In this document: piece by piece, positions 1-9,700 of the stretch | Layout: each line of letters begins with the position of its first letter | Position numbering within the stretch: position 1 is the first letter of the stretch | Origin: a virus | Length of the DNA stretch: 64,000 bases | Reading direction: 5' to 3' (one strand) | IMG/VR virus record: IMGVR_UViG_3300025770_000006 | Span: 96,001-160,000 of that record | Made by a program: the position numbers and the translations under genes | Notes under the pieces: model-generated | The model's database searches: none | Told to the model about the DNA's origin: nothing | The model's input: only the letters and a program-made list of their open reading frames with translations

Positions 1-127
1 AATCAATCGGTTCAAACCCTATCTCCAAACAAGCACCTCTAATCAAATCTTCAGCCTCTTCATCAGGTAAGAGTTTGTGATACTCCCACTCAATCTTCCC
101 ATTCACTTTGCGTGTGTATCTTTTCAT
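1..127 (-). CDS. hypothetical protein, partial (runs off the left edge)
   Basis: ATG at 127 just after the stop of 130..366. Hand translation is open to the edge: MKRYTRKVNGKIEWEYHKLLPDEEAEDLIRGACLEIGF... Confidence 0.55.
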   Translation of the reverse strand, partial: MKRYTRKVNGKIEWEYHKLLPDEEAEDLIRGACLEIGFEPID

Positions 128-129
128 AA

Positions 130-366
130 TCAAGCACTCGCTCTAAAGAGCATGGTGTTAAGTGCTTGGATCTTACGCTCTACCCAAAGAACAGTCTTGA
201 GGACAAAGCTCGGTTCGTCCAGCACAGTCAGAGTATTTACCATAGCCTTATAAGCCTTCGGATCAAACTCTAGGTCATCATTATTTGGGATCTTTACATG
301 GTGTGATCCATCTCGCTCGATTATGATGATGATTGATTCTTGTAGATCTCTTTTAGTTAGACTCAT
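130..366 (-). CDS. hypothetical protein, 78 aa (paralog of 59837..60130)
   Basis: ORF track; shares IIIxxxxxG and PSFVLxxxLxxE blocks with 59837..60130. Confidence 0.7.
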   Translation of the reverse strand: MSLTKRDLQESIIIIIERDGSHHVKIPNNDDLEFDPKAYKAMVNTLTVLDEPSFVLKTVLWVERKIQALNTMLFRASA

Positions 367-438
367 GGATAAGTCCTTTTTCCTTTAAGGAGTTTGTAAG
401 TTGCCCCCAAGTCATCGTTGATGTTAGGGGGAGTATGA

Positions 439-599
439 TTGTACTTGTGGTAAAGTTTAAGGTAAGCAACTTGTTCTCCAACCTCACGCTGTTAAGTGTC
501 GGAGCGATTGTCTTTAAAAATCTCTCTAGTCGGCTTTCGCTTAACAGCGTGAGAGGAGTCTCCTTATGAGTCTTGAGGGTTGTACTTGTGGTAAAGTTT
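439..599. repeat. 20-bp direct repeat (439-458, 580-599) enclosing a 14-bp inverted repeat (483-496 / 540-553)
   Basis: TTGTACTTGTGGTAAAGTTT occurs twice; CTCACGCTGTTAAG pairs with CTTAACAGCGTGAG. Confidence 0.8.
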
Positions 600-1754
600 G
601 TTGACATAGATCGCCACCCCTCCCCAAATGCTCTGTAGTGGACAGTCAAGAGGCTTCATACAAGGCTCAACTAGACCACCAAAGTCATCGGTATGATCGC
701 ATTTGTGAGTACAGGAGATGAGAGCCTTGACATGAAACAGACAACCGTCCTTATGGTTCTTTTCTGTTTCAAAGAGTCTTACTGCTTTCAAGGCATACCT
801 AGTATAGCGACCGTCAATCTGATTAAGAGCATCAAGTCGGTCTTGATCTATATCCACAGGGATTATTACATAATCCTCTCGCTTCTTTTGGGTCAACACG
901 ATGTTTCGTGCGACCATGTCTCGGTACACCTCATAGCTACCCTTCACTTCATTTAAAGTCATCTCGATAGGGTCAAAGGAAGCACTCTTGCGAAGCTCTC
1001 TCAGATCATAGCTCGGTTGAGTGTCCTTTTCTACCTCTTGAGTCTCCATATTGCCCTCTACAGGCAGTTCGATCTCAAGGGTAGGTTCTACCACCTCTTG
1101 AACCTCAACAGGCTCTACAGGAGCAACCTCAACCTCAACCTCAACAGGCTCTTGCTCTTGCTCTGCAACAGGCTCAAGTGTAGTCGTGCTTACCTGCACA
1201 CTTGAAGTGATGTACCCATCCTCTACTTTATCAAGAGAGATGCGGTAGTCCTTAGACCCACCGACATTCTCCACCAACTCATTTGTGGTAGTGTCGATGT
1301 GGGCTTCGATGACAGCTGGGTTGTCCACCTCAACAGGGACATGAGTTTCCTCGACCTCTTGAGTTTCCTCGACCTCAAGGGTAGGCTCGACCACAGTTTC
1401 GACCACAGGCTCAACCTTTTTAGCCTTAGCCTTCTTAGCCTTAGCCTTAGCCTTAGCCTTAGCAGGGATTGTGGTAAGGTCAAAGTCGGGGTGGTAGTAC
1501 CCACGCTTATGGGTGATAAGTTCACCACTCTTTTTAAGTTCCTGTATGCAGTCATAGACCTTGACCTGTACGACAGACCAATTGTGCTTACTCTTGGTCA
1601 TGCCGAACTGATCTACGAGAACAGGATTAGCATCACAGTACAGTGTCTCTAACTGTCCTGTACTCTCGCCTGGGTTCGCCTGTACTAGAGCAGGAAGTTC
1701 AGCTCGGATACGAGTCTTGAGGTTTTCGATGTCTTGCTTTGTGTAGGTAGCCAT
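564..1754 (-). CDS. 396-aa protein: putative winged-helix N-terminus, Ala-Lys repeat, acidic E/V/P-rich linker, Cys/His-containing C-terminal domain
   Basis: Start moved to MATYTK (AAGGAG RBS, promoter motif at 1795-1810). ELKKSGELITHKRGYY is wHTH-like; AKAKAKAKAKKAKAKK repeat. Confidence 0.75.
   Translation of the reverse strand: MATYTKQDIENLKTRIRAELPALVQANPGESTGQLETLYCDANPVLVDQFGMTKSKHNWSVVQVKVYDCIQELKKSGELITHKRGYYHPDFDLTTIPAKAKAKAKAKKAKAKKVEPVVETVVEPTLEVEETQEVEETHVPVEVDNPAVIEAHIDTTTNELVENVGGSKDYRISLDKVEDGYITSSVQVSTTTLEPVAEQEQEPVEVEVEVAPVEPVEVQEVVEPTLEIELPVEGNMETQEVEKDTQPSYDLRELRKSASFDPIEMTLNEVKGSYEVYRDMVARNIVLTQKKREDYVIIPVDIDQDRLDALNQIDGRYTRYALKAVRLFETEKNHKDGCLFHVKALISCTHKCDHTDDFGGLVEPCMKPLDCPLQSIWGGVAIYVNKLYHKYNPQDS
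1420..1462 (-). repeat. TTAGCC hexamer tandem repeat encoding (AK)n
   Basis: direct reading of ttagcc units. Confidence 0.85.
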
Positions 1755-1794
1755 GTTGTTCTCCTTAGTGAGTGTGGGCTGATTACATAGAGTT

Positions 1795-1810
1795 ATAAAT
1801 AGGGGGTTAC
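1795..1810 (-). promoter_or_regulatory. early-type promoter motif GTAACCCCCTATTTAT
   Basis: one of 8 copies of GTAACCCCTTATCTAT, each upstream of and oriented toward a gene. Confidence 0.65.
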
Positions 1811-1830
1811 AGCGAAGCACCCGATGAGGA

Positions 1831-2436
1831 CTATAGGGTAGGGTTGTCAATCCCATTCACAGTCGCTGAAGCAGGGAGTTTGTACTGTCTCCATTTACGA
1901 CTGGTGAGGTCTAACTCACGACTGATAGCGTTCTTGATTTGGACATGAAGACCACTTTTAGTCTTTCTCGCATCTCCGTTGGGATCAGCCGAGAGAACAC
2001 GCTCTCCGATGATGATTCCACGAACATGGACATCACCTGTTCCATCGTGGATAGAGACACCCTTCACACCTGCTGGATGATCGCTGTAAGCCTCAAGATG
2101 AGAGTTGTCATCGTTAGACCCTGTGGCTGACTGACGGAGTGCTGTCAGCAGACCTTTCTTGCGTGGCTGATCCCCATCGAGAGCGAGATCAAAGTCAAGA
2201 TCGGTAAAGACCAACCCACGATCCTCAAGATCCACCTTGAGCTTGGCTCGATCAGCCGACTCTACCTTGACCATATCCATAGCGGCGATGGTCTTGTGGT
2301 CAGTACCCACGAGCATCGACACCTCGACAGTATGCCTCCCTCTGACAGTGCCTCCGTCTTTCTTGAGGTCAGCCTTGCCCGACTTGGTTGTAGTGAAAGT
2401 TAAAGTTGTGTTTGGTGTTGCTGTGATGTTCTGCAT
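1831..2436 (-). CDS. hypothetical protein, 201 aa (distant paralog of 3585..4106)
   Basis: ORF with AAAGGAG RBS; VRGIII and IKNAISRELDL blocks. Confidence 0.8.
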   Translation of the reverse strand: MQNITATPNTTLTFTTTKSGKADLKKDGGTVRGRHTVEVSMLVGTDHKTIAAMDMVKVESADRAKLKVDLEDRGLVFTDLDFDLALDGDQPRKKGLLTALRQSATGSNDDNSHLEAYSDHPAGVKGVSIHDGTGDVHVRGIIIGERVLSADPNGDARKTKSGLHVQIKNAISRELDLTSRKWRQYKLPASATVNGIDNPTL

Positions 2437-2523
2437 GGGAGTCTCCTTTCAAGAGATGTGGTTTGCAGTTTGAAATGATTATATGATTGCTGGTAAATGT
2501 TTCCTAGCCTCTCACACTAGGAT

Positions 2524-2539
2524 ATATTTAAGGGGTTAC
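2524..2539 (-). promoter_or_regulatory. early-type promoter motif GTAACCCCTTAAATAT
   Basis: motif copy upstream of 1831..2436. Confidence 0.6.
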
Positions 2540-2542
2540 AGC

Positions 2543-2815
2543 TTACGCTCCCCCGACTCGCTCTAACAGAGATGTTTGAGCGTTCTCGATCAGCTCTGCC
2601 TTGTTCTTCGCCTCATAAGAGTGGAGGACATCGAGTTTGTTCTCACGATTGAGAGAGGCATAGTAAGCAGACACCTTAGATCGTACTGCCTTAACTGTGG
2701 GCTTTTCCTCAGCCTCTCCCATTAAGAGAGAGAAGCTGAGAGAGCTGATGATGTCGCTGATTCTGTTAGAAGCCTCTGAGTAGGTTAAAAGTGCGTTCAT
2801 GTCTTTAGTCTCCAT
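2543..2815 (-). CDS. hypothetical protein, 90 aa
   Basis: ORF directly downstream of the promoter motif at 2854-2869. Confidence 0.7.
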   Translation of the reverse strand: METKDMNALLTYSEASNRISDIISSLSFSLLMGEAEEKPTVKAVRSKVSAYYASLNRENKLDVLHSYEAKNKAELIENAQTSLLERVGGA

Positions 2816-2853
2816 TGGGAGTTAGGGGTGAGGATCGTTCCTCATATAATGGT

Positions 2854-2927
2854 ATAGATAAGGGGTTACGCTTCAGTCAAGTATTTGATTTACTTAGCAA
2901 AAGCGTGTAGCGTAACCCCTTCTCTAT
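2854..2927. promoter_or_regulatory. back-to-back divergent early-type promoter motifs (2854-2869 minus; 2912-2927 plus)
   Basis: GTAACCCCTTATCTAT (-) and GTAACCCCTTCTCTAT (+). Confidence 0.7.
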
Positions 2928-2978
2928 TACCTAACATGAAGGCAATCAAGCCCCACCACCACTCCCAAAGGAGAAAAA

Positions 2979-3368
2979 ATGAAACCACAAACAAAGACTA
3001 GACTAGACGAGATAGAGAGTACCGACCACAAACAAAGTGGCTTCCTCTCTTGCGGGGGAGATGAGTATCAGATCTCTTGTGGAGAGGCAAAATGGGAAGT
3101 GGATAACGCTCTAGCTCTAGCACAGCTCCTCATGTTAATCGAGGAGGATGAAGAAATTCAATCATTTTCCATCTTGAGCGGAGCGAATGGCTATGACCAT
3201 GTTTTTACCCGCTCCAAGTCAGGATGGCTCATACAGGATCATCATCTGGTCAATGGGGTTTGGTTTCAAGAAACCACACGCTCTCCTGTCTCAATGCCTT
3301 TTCTCATTGACTCTTATCCCGATGATTGGGATGAGTTGGATTGGTGGTGCGAAAAAGGGGAAGCGTAA
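2979..3368 (+). CDS. hypothetical acidic protein, 129 aa
   Basis: ORF with AAAGGAG RBS and upstream promoter motif. Confidence 0.8.
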   Translation: MKPQTKTRLDEIESTDHKQSGFLSCGGDEYQISCGEAKWEVDNALALAQLLMLIEEDEEIQSFSILSGANGYDHVFTRSKSGWLIQDHHLVNGVWFQETTRSPVSMPFLIDSYPDDWDELDWWCEKGEA

Positions 3369-3380
3369 CCCCTTATCTAT
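3365..3380 (+). promoter_or_regulatory. early-type promoter motif GTAACCCCTTATCTAT
   Basis: exact consensus, followed by TAACATGAAGGCAATCAAGCCC, which also occurs at 2932-2953. Confidence 0.7.
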
Positions 3381-3428
3381 AACTTAACATGAAGGCAATC
3401 AAGCCCAACTCTCATAAAGGAGACTTTC

Positions 3429-3572
3429 ATGAAAAACTTCCCAACAAAGCATTTGAAGAAGGTCGCTAAAGCTACTCTTGTCTCACTGAGACCAGGGCCT
3501 CGCCCCAACCCTTTTATAAAGAAAGAGGAAGAGGAAATTCCTCACAGCCTTATCACCAAGATTATTAAATAA
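3429..3572 (+). CDS. small hypothetical protein, 47 aa (not in ORF track)
   Basis: AAAGGAG RBS; MKNFPTKHLKKVAKATLVSLRPGPRPNPFIKKEEEEIPHSLITKIIK. Confidence 0.6.
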   Translation: MKNFPTKHLKKVAKATLVSLRPGPRPNPFIKKEEEEIPHSLITKIIK

Positions 3573-3584
3573 AGGAGAACCACC

Positions 3585-4106
3585 ATGACTAACCACCCAA
3601 GAGTAAAACTGTCAAGAATCAACGGAGACAACAAATACTCTGTCATCCTCGACATGACCATCTCATACAAAGAGGTTCTTAACGAGCGTCTTAATCGCCT
3701 CAACGCTTTCGTTGCCGAGAACAGCCTTGAGAGTGCAACTCGCCTCATCAATGAGGCAGGTGTGGCCTGCACGACTAAGGATGTGGACAAGGTGATCTTT
3801 GGTAGCAAGGGTCTTATCCCTAGCACCATCGCTTCTCTTAATGGGAATAATACGAACCGTCCTAAGAGCTACAGTGGCAAGCTCACTCGCAGAGATGGAA
3901 GCCCCCACTTCATCGACCAAAACGGAACAGAGTTTGTCCGAGGTGTCATCGTTGATGGACACTACCCACAGAAGACTCCAACCCATCTCTTCACAGCGAT
4001 CCGAAACTGCATCGAGTCTAACTTGAACCTCCCACGCTACATCCGTCATGAGATCCAAGAGCATGACGAGACTGTGGATCGTGATGAGAACAACAACCCT
4101 CAGTAA
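3585..4106 (+). CDS. hypothetical protein, 173 aa (distant paralog of 1831..2436)
   Basis: AAAGGAG RBS; VRGVIV and IRNCIESNLNL blocks. Confidence 0.8.
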   Translation: MTNHPRVKLSRINGDNKYSVILDMTISYKEVLNERLNRLNAFVAENSLESATRLINEAGVACTTKDVDKVIFGSKGLIPSTIASLNGNNTNRPKSYSGKLTRRDGSPHFIDQNGTEFVRGVIVDGHYPQKTPTHLFTAIRNCIESNLNLPRYIRHEIQEHDETVDRDENNNPQ

Positions 4107-4180
4107 GAGAGCCACCACATGACGCTCAAGCTCATCGTACTAATGATTATCAGAACGGCTCTGCCTAAAGGAGAAGAACA

Positions 4181-4273
4181 ATGCTCTCAACGATCTTAGA
4201 CATCGCGGGTGTAGCGAGCATCTGCCTCATCGGGATTTTCATCGTCAGCTACTATCGCACGAAGAACCTGTAA
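4181..4273 (+). CDS. 30-aa single-pass membrane peptide (not in ORF track)
   Basis: AAAGGAG RBS; MLSTILDIAGVASICLIGIFIVSYYRTKNL. Confidence 0.5.
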   Translation: MLSTILDIAGVASICLIGIFIVSYYRTKNL

Positions 4274-4285
4274 CCCCTTATCTAT
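4270..4285 (+). promoter_or_regulatory. early-type promoter motif GTAACCCCTTATCTAT
   Basis: exact consensus, followed by the hairpin TGAGGA-ACGA-TCCTCA also seen at 2829-2844. Confidence 0.7.
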
Positions 4286-4329
4286 AACCATACATGAGGA
4301 ACGATCCTCAACTCTTTAAAGGAGAAACA

Positions 4330-4557
4330 ATGACCACTACTAGAACACCCCTAAGCCTTAAACTCGATAAGTTAGAGGGTACACCTCTCAAGGCGATGCT
4401 GTGGCACTTGAATGAGGCTGTTAACGGCCCATACATCACCGAAAAGAACATGAAAGGCTGTACAGACCTCGCTATCAACGAAGCTCTCAGTCTCCTCAAG
4501 AAAGAGAGCGAGTCAATGTTCGATGAAGTATCCTCGCAAATGGGAGTAAAAGCATGA
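4330..4557 (+). CDS. hypothetical protein, 75 aa
   Basis: start moved to MTTTRT after AAAGGAG. Confidence 0.7.
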   Translation: MTTTRTPLSLKLDKLEGTPLKAMLWHLNEAVNGPYITEKNMKGCTDLAINEALSLLKKESESMFDEVSSQMGVKA

Positions 4558-4730
4558 GCATCAAAAGACATCTATCAGTTCTGTTCTACCGAGAGCGTTG
4601 CCAGAGGGAGACACTGACCTCAATGCTCGAAAAGTTAAATGAGCAAGAGGCTCATGCTCTATGGAGACTACTCCAAGAGAAAGAGCAACAAGCTAACCGA
4701 GCGAAAAGTAAAGCCAATCGAGGCTGGTAA
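4554..4730 (+). CDS. small hypothetical protein, 58 aa (not in ORF track)
   Basis: ATGA overlap with the previous stop, GGAG RBS; MSIKRHLSVLFYRERCQRETLTSMLEKL... Confidence 0.55.
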   Translation: MSIKRHLSVLFYRERCQRETLTSMLEKLNEQEAHALWRLLQEKEQQANRAKSKANRGW

Positions 4731-4812
4731 AAAGTATTTAAAAGTTTTGTCCGATTCTCAATGTTCAAGTCGTTAGAGATATCAACACTACTCGTAAAGA
4801 GAGAGAACAGTT

Positions 4813-5385
4813 ATGGTAAACATCATCAAGCCAGAGTTTCTAAAGTGGAACTCAAACAATTCTAAAGAACACTTCGACATGAACTTCGACATGAACTCAT
4901 GGGAGACAGGTGGTGAGACTTTTTTCAATGTGTTCAAATCAGAGACTTTCAATCTCTGCACTTACAGTAGAGTAAAGAAAGAATATGTTCTTGAGACCGA
5001 AGGCGTAAACATCATCAGCCAAGAGCAAAAGTCTCAAGAGATGCCATTCTTCGATGACTCTGAGGATGAGATCATATCTGAACAACACGAGATCGAAATC
5101 GAATGGTTGATCACTGATCCTAAAGGTCATGTCTTTATCACTGTTGACGATAAACGAGTAGGCATCGAATGGGCTGACAGAAGGATCAAGGATCTACAAG
5201 GGAATGAAGCAAGACTGATACCTAGTGAACCGTATCGAGTAGAAGAGATCCTTACATCAGATGAACATGATACCCTCATCGAAATCAAACGACTCGCCCG
5301 TTTAAGAGATATGTCAACAGGCAAGACTCGTGAAATGTTAACCTTCAAAATTCTAGGTTTGAGTGTAATAAATGAAAGACTTTAG
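4813..5385 (+). CDS. hypothetical protein, 190 aa (tandem paralog of 5372..5956)
   Basis: ORF track; DLQGNEARL...YRVEEILT. Confidence 0.75.
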   Translation: MVNIIKPEFLKWNSNNSKEHFDMNFDMNSWETGGETFFNVFKSETFNLCTYSRVKKEYVLETEGVNIISQEQKSQEMPFFDDSEDEIISEQHEIEIEWLITDPKGHVFITVDDKRVGIEWADRRIKDLQGNEARLIPSEPYRVEEILTSDEHDTLIEIKRLARLRDMSTGKTREMLTFKILGLSVINERL

Positions 5386-5956
5386 AACCTTCGGTCGGGG
5401 TGGTTGTGAATGGGGCGATTGGGAGGAATCAGCGTTCGATTGCGACTCACCCAATGATCGAAATGGGGCGTGTGCATACTTCGATTCCTGGCCTGAGTGT
5501 TCTGCCATGCAGTTCAGAGTATGGCACATAAAAGAAGATCTACACATAGAACTCAAAGGTGAAGGGTTTAAAGTCACCGATACAAAGACCAAGTTCTTTC
5601 CAGATGATTGCGAAGGGAAAGACTGTAACTCGTACCTTACCACTATCGTCTTTCAGATTATCGAACCTCAAGGAAGGACTGAGGTCGTCATACCTTCGGA
5701 AGATATTTTCCAAGATGAGTGTGTTATCAAGTGGGATAAAAAATATCTCTATGACCTCGATGGTCAAAAAGCAAAACTCGATATAAAATCTGTTGACCAC
5801 TATAAGATCGAAGAGATCCTAACTGCTAAACAAAGAAAAAACTACGCTCTACAGGACAGAACTATCAAGCTAAAAAAGATCGTTCGCAAGATGGGCAGAT
5901 ACGACATCAGTTCTCAAATAGATATAGCAAGGATGTGTGGAGACTTTAATTTTTAG
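5372..5956 (+). CDS. hypothetical protein, 194 aa (tandem paralog of 4813..5385)
   Basis: ORF track; DLDGQKAKL...YKIEEILT. Confidence 0.75.
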   Translation: MKDFRTFGRGGCEWGDWEESAFDCDSPNDRNGACAYFDSWPECSAMQFRVWHIKEDLHIELKGEGFKVTDTKTKFFPDDCEGKDCNSYLTTIVFQIIEPQGRTEVVIPSEDIFQDECVIKWDKKYLYDLDGQKAKLDIKSVDHYKIEEILTAKQRKNYALQDRTIKLKKIVRKMGRYDISSQIDIARMCGDFNF

Positions 5957-6153
5957 TCGCCCACCATTTAAATAATAACTACCGTAAAACCCATTTCCAG
6001 ATTTTAAAACCCAAAATCTTTCTGGGTTTAATCTTAATAGTTGTTTTATTGTTTGTGTGGTAGAATGCACCACAACACACAGACCTACATACATCTTGCG
6101 TGTGTTGTAAGTCTGACAACATTAAGTTTTCTTCTAATAGGGGTTCACATAGT
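5957..6153. other. AT-rich intergenic region with repeats and hairpins at a strand-composition switch; candidate replication origin; contains the late-type motif TAGTTGTTTTAT (6038-6049)
   Basis: AAAACCC twice; ACAACACAC/GTGTGTTGT inverted repeat; plus strand looks C-rich on the left and strongly G/T-rich on the right (by eye). Confidence 0.4.
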
Positions 6154-6702
6154 ATGCCAGTACCAGGAGCAGTGAGTGGAGCGATCATGGCTTCCTCTAG
6201 TAGTAAGACCCCACAAATGGCTCAGATAGCACAGGGTGTAGAGCTTGGTTTATATCAGTGGTTATTAGCGAGTACAGTACAAGGTGTGGCTCAAGGCACA
6301 GTAGGTAGTGGTGTATGTGTAGGCTCAATGGTGGTAGTGCCTAATGCACCTTTAATGGAGACAGCCTTTAAGAGTAATCTGTTAGTGGGTGTCTTTGCAC
6401 CTGTCATGTGGGTTCCGATTATGCTTGGCATAAGTCAGCCTTATTTTTTTGGAGGTGCAGTAGCAGGTGTAGGTGTTGGTTCATTTGTAGGGGGGATAGT
6501 GGGCGACCCTATTTTATTAACACAGTTGTTAGTGAGTAGTTTCACGAGTGTTGGTATTGTAGGATTAGAAGTACCTCGTATATGTAGTGCTTTAGGGCAA
6601 GGGATCAGTTCACACTTTTTAACAACCGTAGCGAATGGTGTAGTAGCAGGAGTTCCTGGTCCCTCAGCATCAGCCACAGGATTTGTAGGGAGATTTATAT
6701 GA
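6154..6702 (+). CDS. Gly-rich hydrophobic virion-type protein, 182 aa
   Basis: start moved to MPVPG; first gene of a translationally coupled structural-looking operon. Confidence 0.65.
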   Translation: MPVPGAVSGAIMASSSSKTPQMAQIAQGVELGLYQWLLASTVQGVAQGTVGSGVCVGSMVVVPNAPLMETAFKSNLLVGVFAPVMWVPIMLGISQPYFFGGAVAGVGVGSFVGGIVGDPILLTQLLVSSFTSVGIVGLEVPRICSALGQGISSHFLTTVANGVVAGVPGPSASATGFVGRFI

Positions 6703-9700
6703 GTAAGATTATATTAGATGTTCGTAGTGGAGAGCGTAATGACAGTACTACGGGTTTATGTCTACGGGTAGTAGATGCTAGTGTGGTAGAGGTAGATGGT
6801 CGTTGGGAGCGTGTGGGTCGTGATCTATATGAGATAGGTAGTAGTTGCGGAGCAGTAGAGTCTTATGCTCTGATTTCTAGTGGGGATGGTGAGATAGGTT
6901 CGGAGAGTGTGGGGGTTAGTTTTGAGAAGTTATTTGAGGATGCGATTGATGGAGTCTATTATTACTTAACGAACAGTCGTGTATGGTTAAGTTCGGTAAG
7001 GGATGAGAATGGTGCAGTCTTAGATCATTTCTTTGGTGGGACGGTGGTTCATTCAGTTCGTTCAGATTTGGACACAGATAATTTGGAGGGTACAGGAGTA
7101 TGTGGTGGTTTATTTTGGTGGAGTCGTAATGATGTGAGTCGGACTAGGTTTTCATATGAGAACAGGGGTTGGTCATTATTGAGGGGAGGTGCTGGTAGTA
7201 TAGTTGGAGAGGTAGGTAGTGAGGACGACATTATAGCTGGGTTAGAGGGTGAGTTAAGGATAGGTGGGGGTAATGTAGCGGAAGTATCTGTTACGGTGTA
7301 TGAGATAGGCACTGAGGGAGTGTTCCCTGTGGTGTCCGAGGGATCTGAGGAAGATGCGTTTAATGGTGGTGTGGAGGGTGTAGTTTTAAACCCATCGGGC
7401 AAGGTTTTATTTAAGGAAGGGAGTGATCATGTTGGTAAGGAGATCTTGTATATATCTGGTACGCTTGGTGATTTTGAATCGAATGTTGTAGGGGAGCAGG
7501 ATTATTTATCTCCGAAGCCGAGATTGAATGAGCGACCTTTATTGCGAGTGGCTGGATATGGTTATAGCGATGTAGAGTTTGTGGCTACCGAAGCTCAATT
7601 GGTTGATGCTGAATATGGGAAAGTGAAGGTGGCGTTGGATAGTGGTCGTATTTTGTCTAGTGGGCAACCTGTGATTTATGATGGTTTGGTTTTATGTGAT
7701 GCCCCTATTGGGGTGGGTGCAGGAGTAGACGGATTAACACCCGTAGAGAAGATGGATATACCAGATGGTTCGGGATTAGAGCCTAGTGGTGTGGCGAGTT
7801 CATTTGATCCTAGTGGTGTGGGTTTAAAATGGGATTACAGATATGAGCGAATGTATGTTCGTTTAGTGGAGGCGGGTCGTACATTACCAGTGGAGCTAGT
7901 AGAGAGGCTACCTAAGAGGTTATCGGTACATCGAGGTTATTTAGTACAAGGCACAACGAGTGTTGTATTGAGTCGTGCTTGGTCTAATCAGACGAAGAAG
8001 ATTTTCGGTGGTCATGTAGCTTTAAACAGAGGGGGATTAAAGCACATGAGTATTTTGAGGCTCACAGGTACTGGTTCATTTAAGGTGGATGGTGCAGTGG
8101 TATCGTTTACAGGGGAGAATGTGGTTGGATCTGGAGTATCTGTAGTAGACGGTTATTTGGTAGTGGACTCTGGATCTATTGTAGATCATCCATCAACGAC
8201 AGAAGAGTTTGAGTCATTAAGGTCTATTGGTCTTGTGCCGAGTTCGAGTCTTGAGACAGGTCTTGAGTTTGTTCTGACTCGATCATCAGTTAAGGGTTAT
8301 TATTCTTTTGATGAGGAGAAGGTAGCGGACATAAGTGGTAGCACAGCATTTCAGTTTTTACAGTTTGAGCCTCGTGTGGATTTCTCAGGTTATGAATCTG
8401 GCAAGTTTTTCAAGATAGGAGATAAGGTACTTGGAGATACGGACATCGAGCCAGCTTTTGGTGGCAACCCAAATGGTTTCCATTGGATTGTAGGTCGTAC
8501 AGTAAGTTCTAAGGTGAACCAAGAGACATCACGCTTGGCTTTAGGTGCTGGATTAAGGGTAGGCACAACATCTATCACGATCACCCAAGAGCAGATGAAT
8601 GGTTCTATATCGACTCAGCCTTTAACAGAGGGAGTTGACTATGACTTGCCGAGTGATGGGTTAGAGGGTCAAGCTCGTTTAATCAGTCGTCTAGGTTCAG
8701 AGGTTTTATCGGGGCAAAAGGTTGGTTCATTAGTAGGTGTAGATTTAGACTTATCCGTAGGAGTGGATGCTACGCAAGTGAGACAGGGAGATTTCTTTTA
8801 TGACGGGTTAAACTATTTTAAGATCGTTGCGATTACAGGCACAGTGATCACACTTAGTTCAGCGTTGGGTATTCAGCTTGGGAGATGGAAGATTTACAGA
8901 GGTTATAGAGAGGGGTTGGAGGAAACCGAGACACCCGATCCTACAAAGGTAGTGGGAGAGATTTTAGATGACCTACCTGTGTTGGATCGTAAGGCAGTAG
9001 AGATATACAAGGTGTATGGAACGCTTGCTTTTGACAAGGTGTTGCCTAGCTCAACTTTATTTATCCGTAAGGGAGATGACTCTTATCCTCTGACAGTCTT
9101 GAGGGATGATGTGTTGTTATCCCCTTATGAGTTGAGTGGTGATCACTACACGAGTGGATCATATCGCATTAAGGTAGGAGAAATAGAATACGAAGCAGGT
9201 GTAGGCCATACCAAAGAAGGTGAGGTTGTAGAGAAGGGTTTTACAGTCACAGATAACAGGGTTGTTTTTGAAAGCCCTATGGGAGTAGCGAACAGCAGTT
9301 GGGTAGATGGTGAGGTGATCTTTGTAAGGAAACCTCGTAGTGGATTGGTTGATACAGCCGAGATGGATTTGAGTTTAACGCTGACGACCCCATTTGACCC
9401 AGACCCATTTGATGATTTCTTAGAGTTGTTAGCGAACCCAAGATTTGAAGCAACGAGTGGAGCGATTAGTTTTGAAGATCCTTTAGAGGTAGGTGTTGGT
9501 GTAGAGGTATCTTATACGCCAACAGATGATCCTGATGGGGTACGCATCATTGAAGCGATGGGATTTGTGGTAATTCAAGAAGAGGCTACAAGGGTTAATG
9601 GTTTTGAGTTTACTTACAACCCTACAGGTAAAGAGGTAGAGTTATTAGCATCACCCACAGTATTGGTTGGTCCAGAGCAGATTAACGCAGGGCTTTATAG

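Noticed and set aside
353-649. 98-aa ORF
   Set aside because: It overlaps the end of 564..1754, has no good RBS/start, and spans a hairpin and repeat region.
1795-4311. CRISPR array from the repeated GTAACCCC motif
   Set aside because: Copies are on both strands, hundreds of bp apart and separated by genes; no cas genes.
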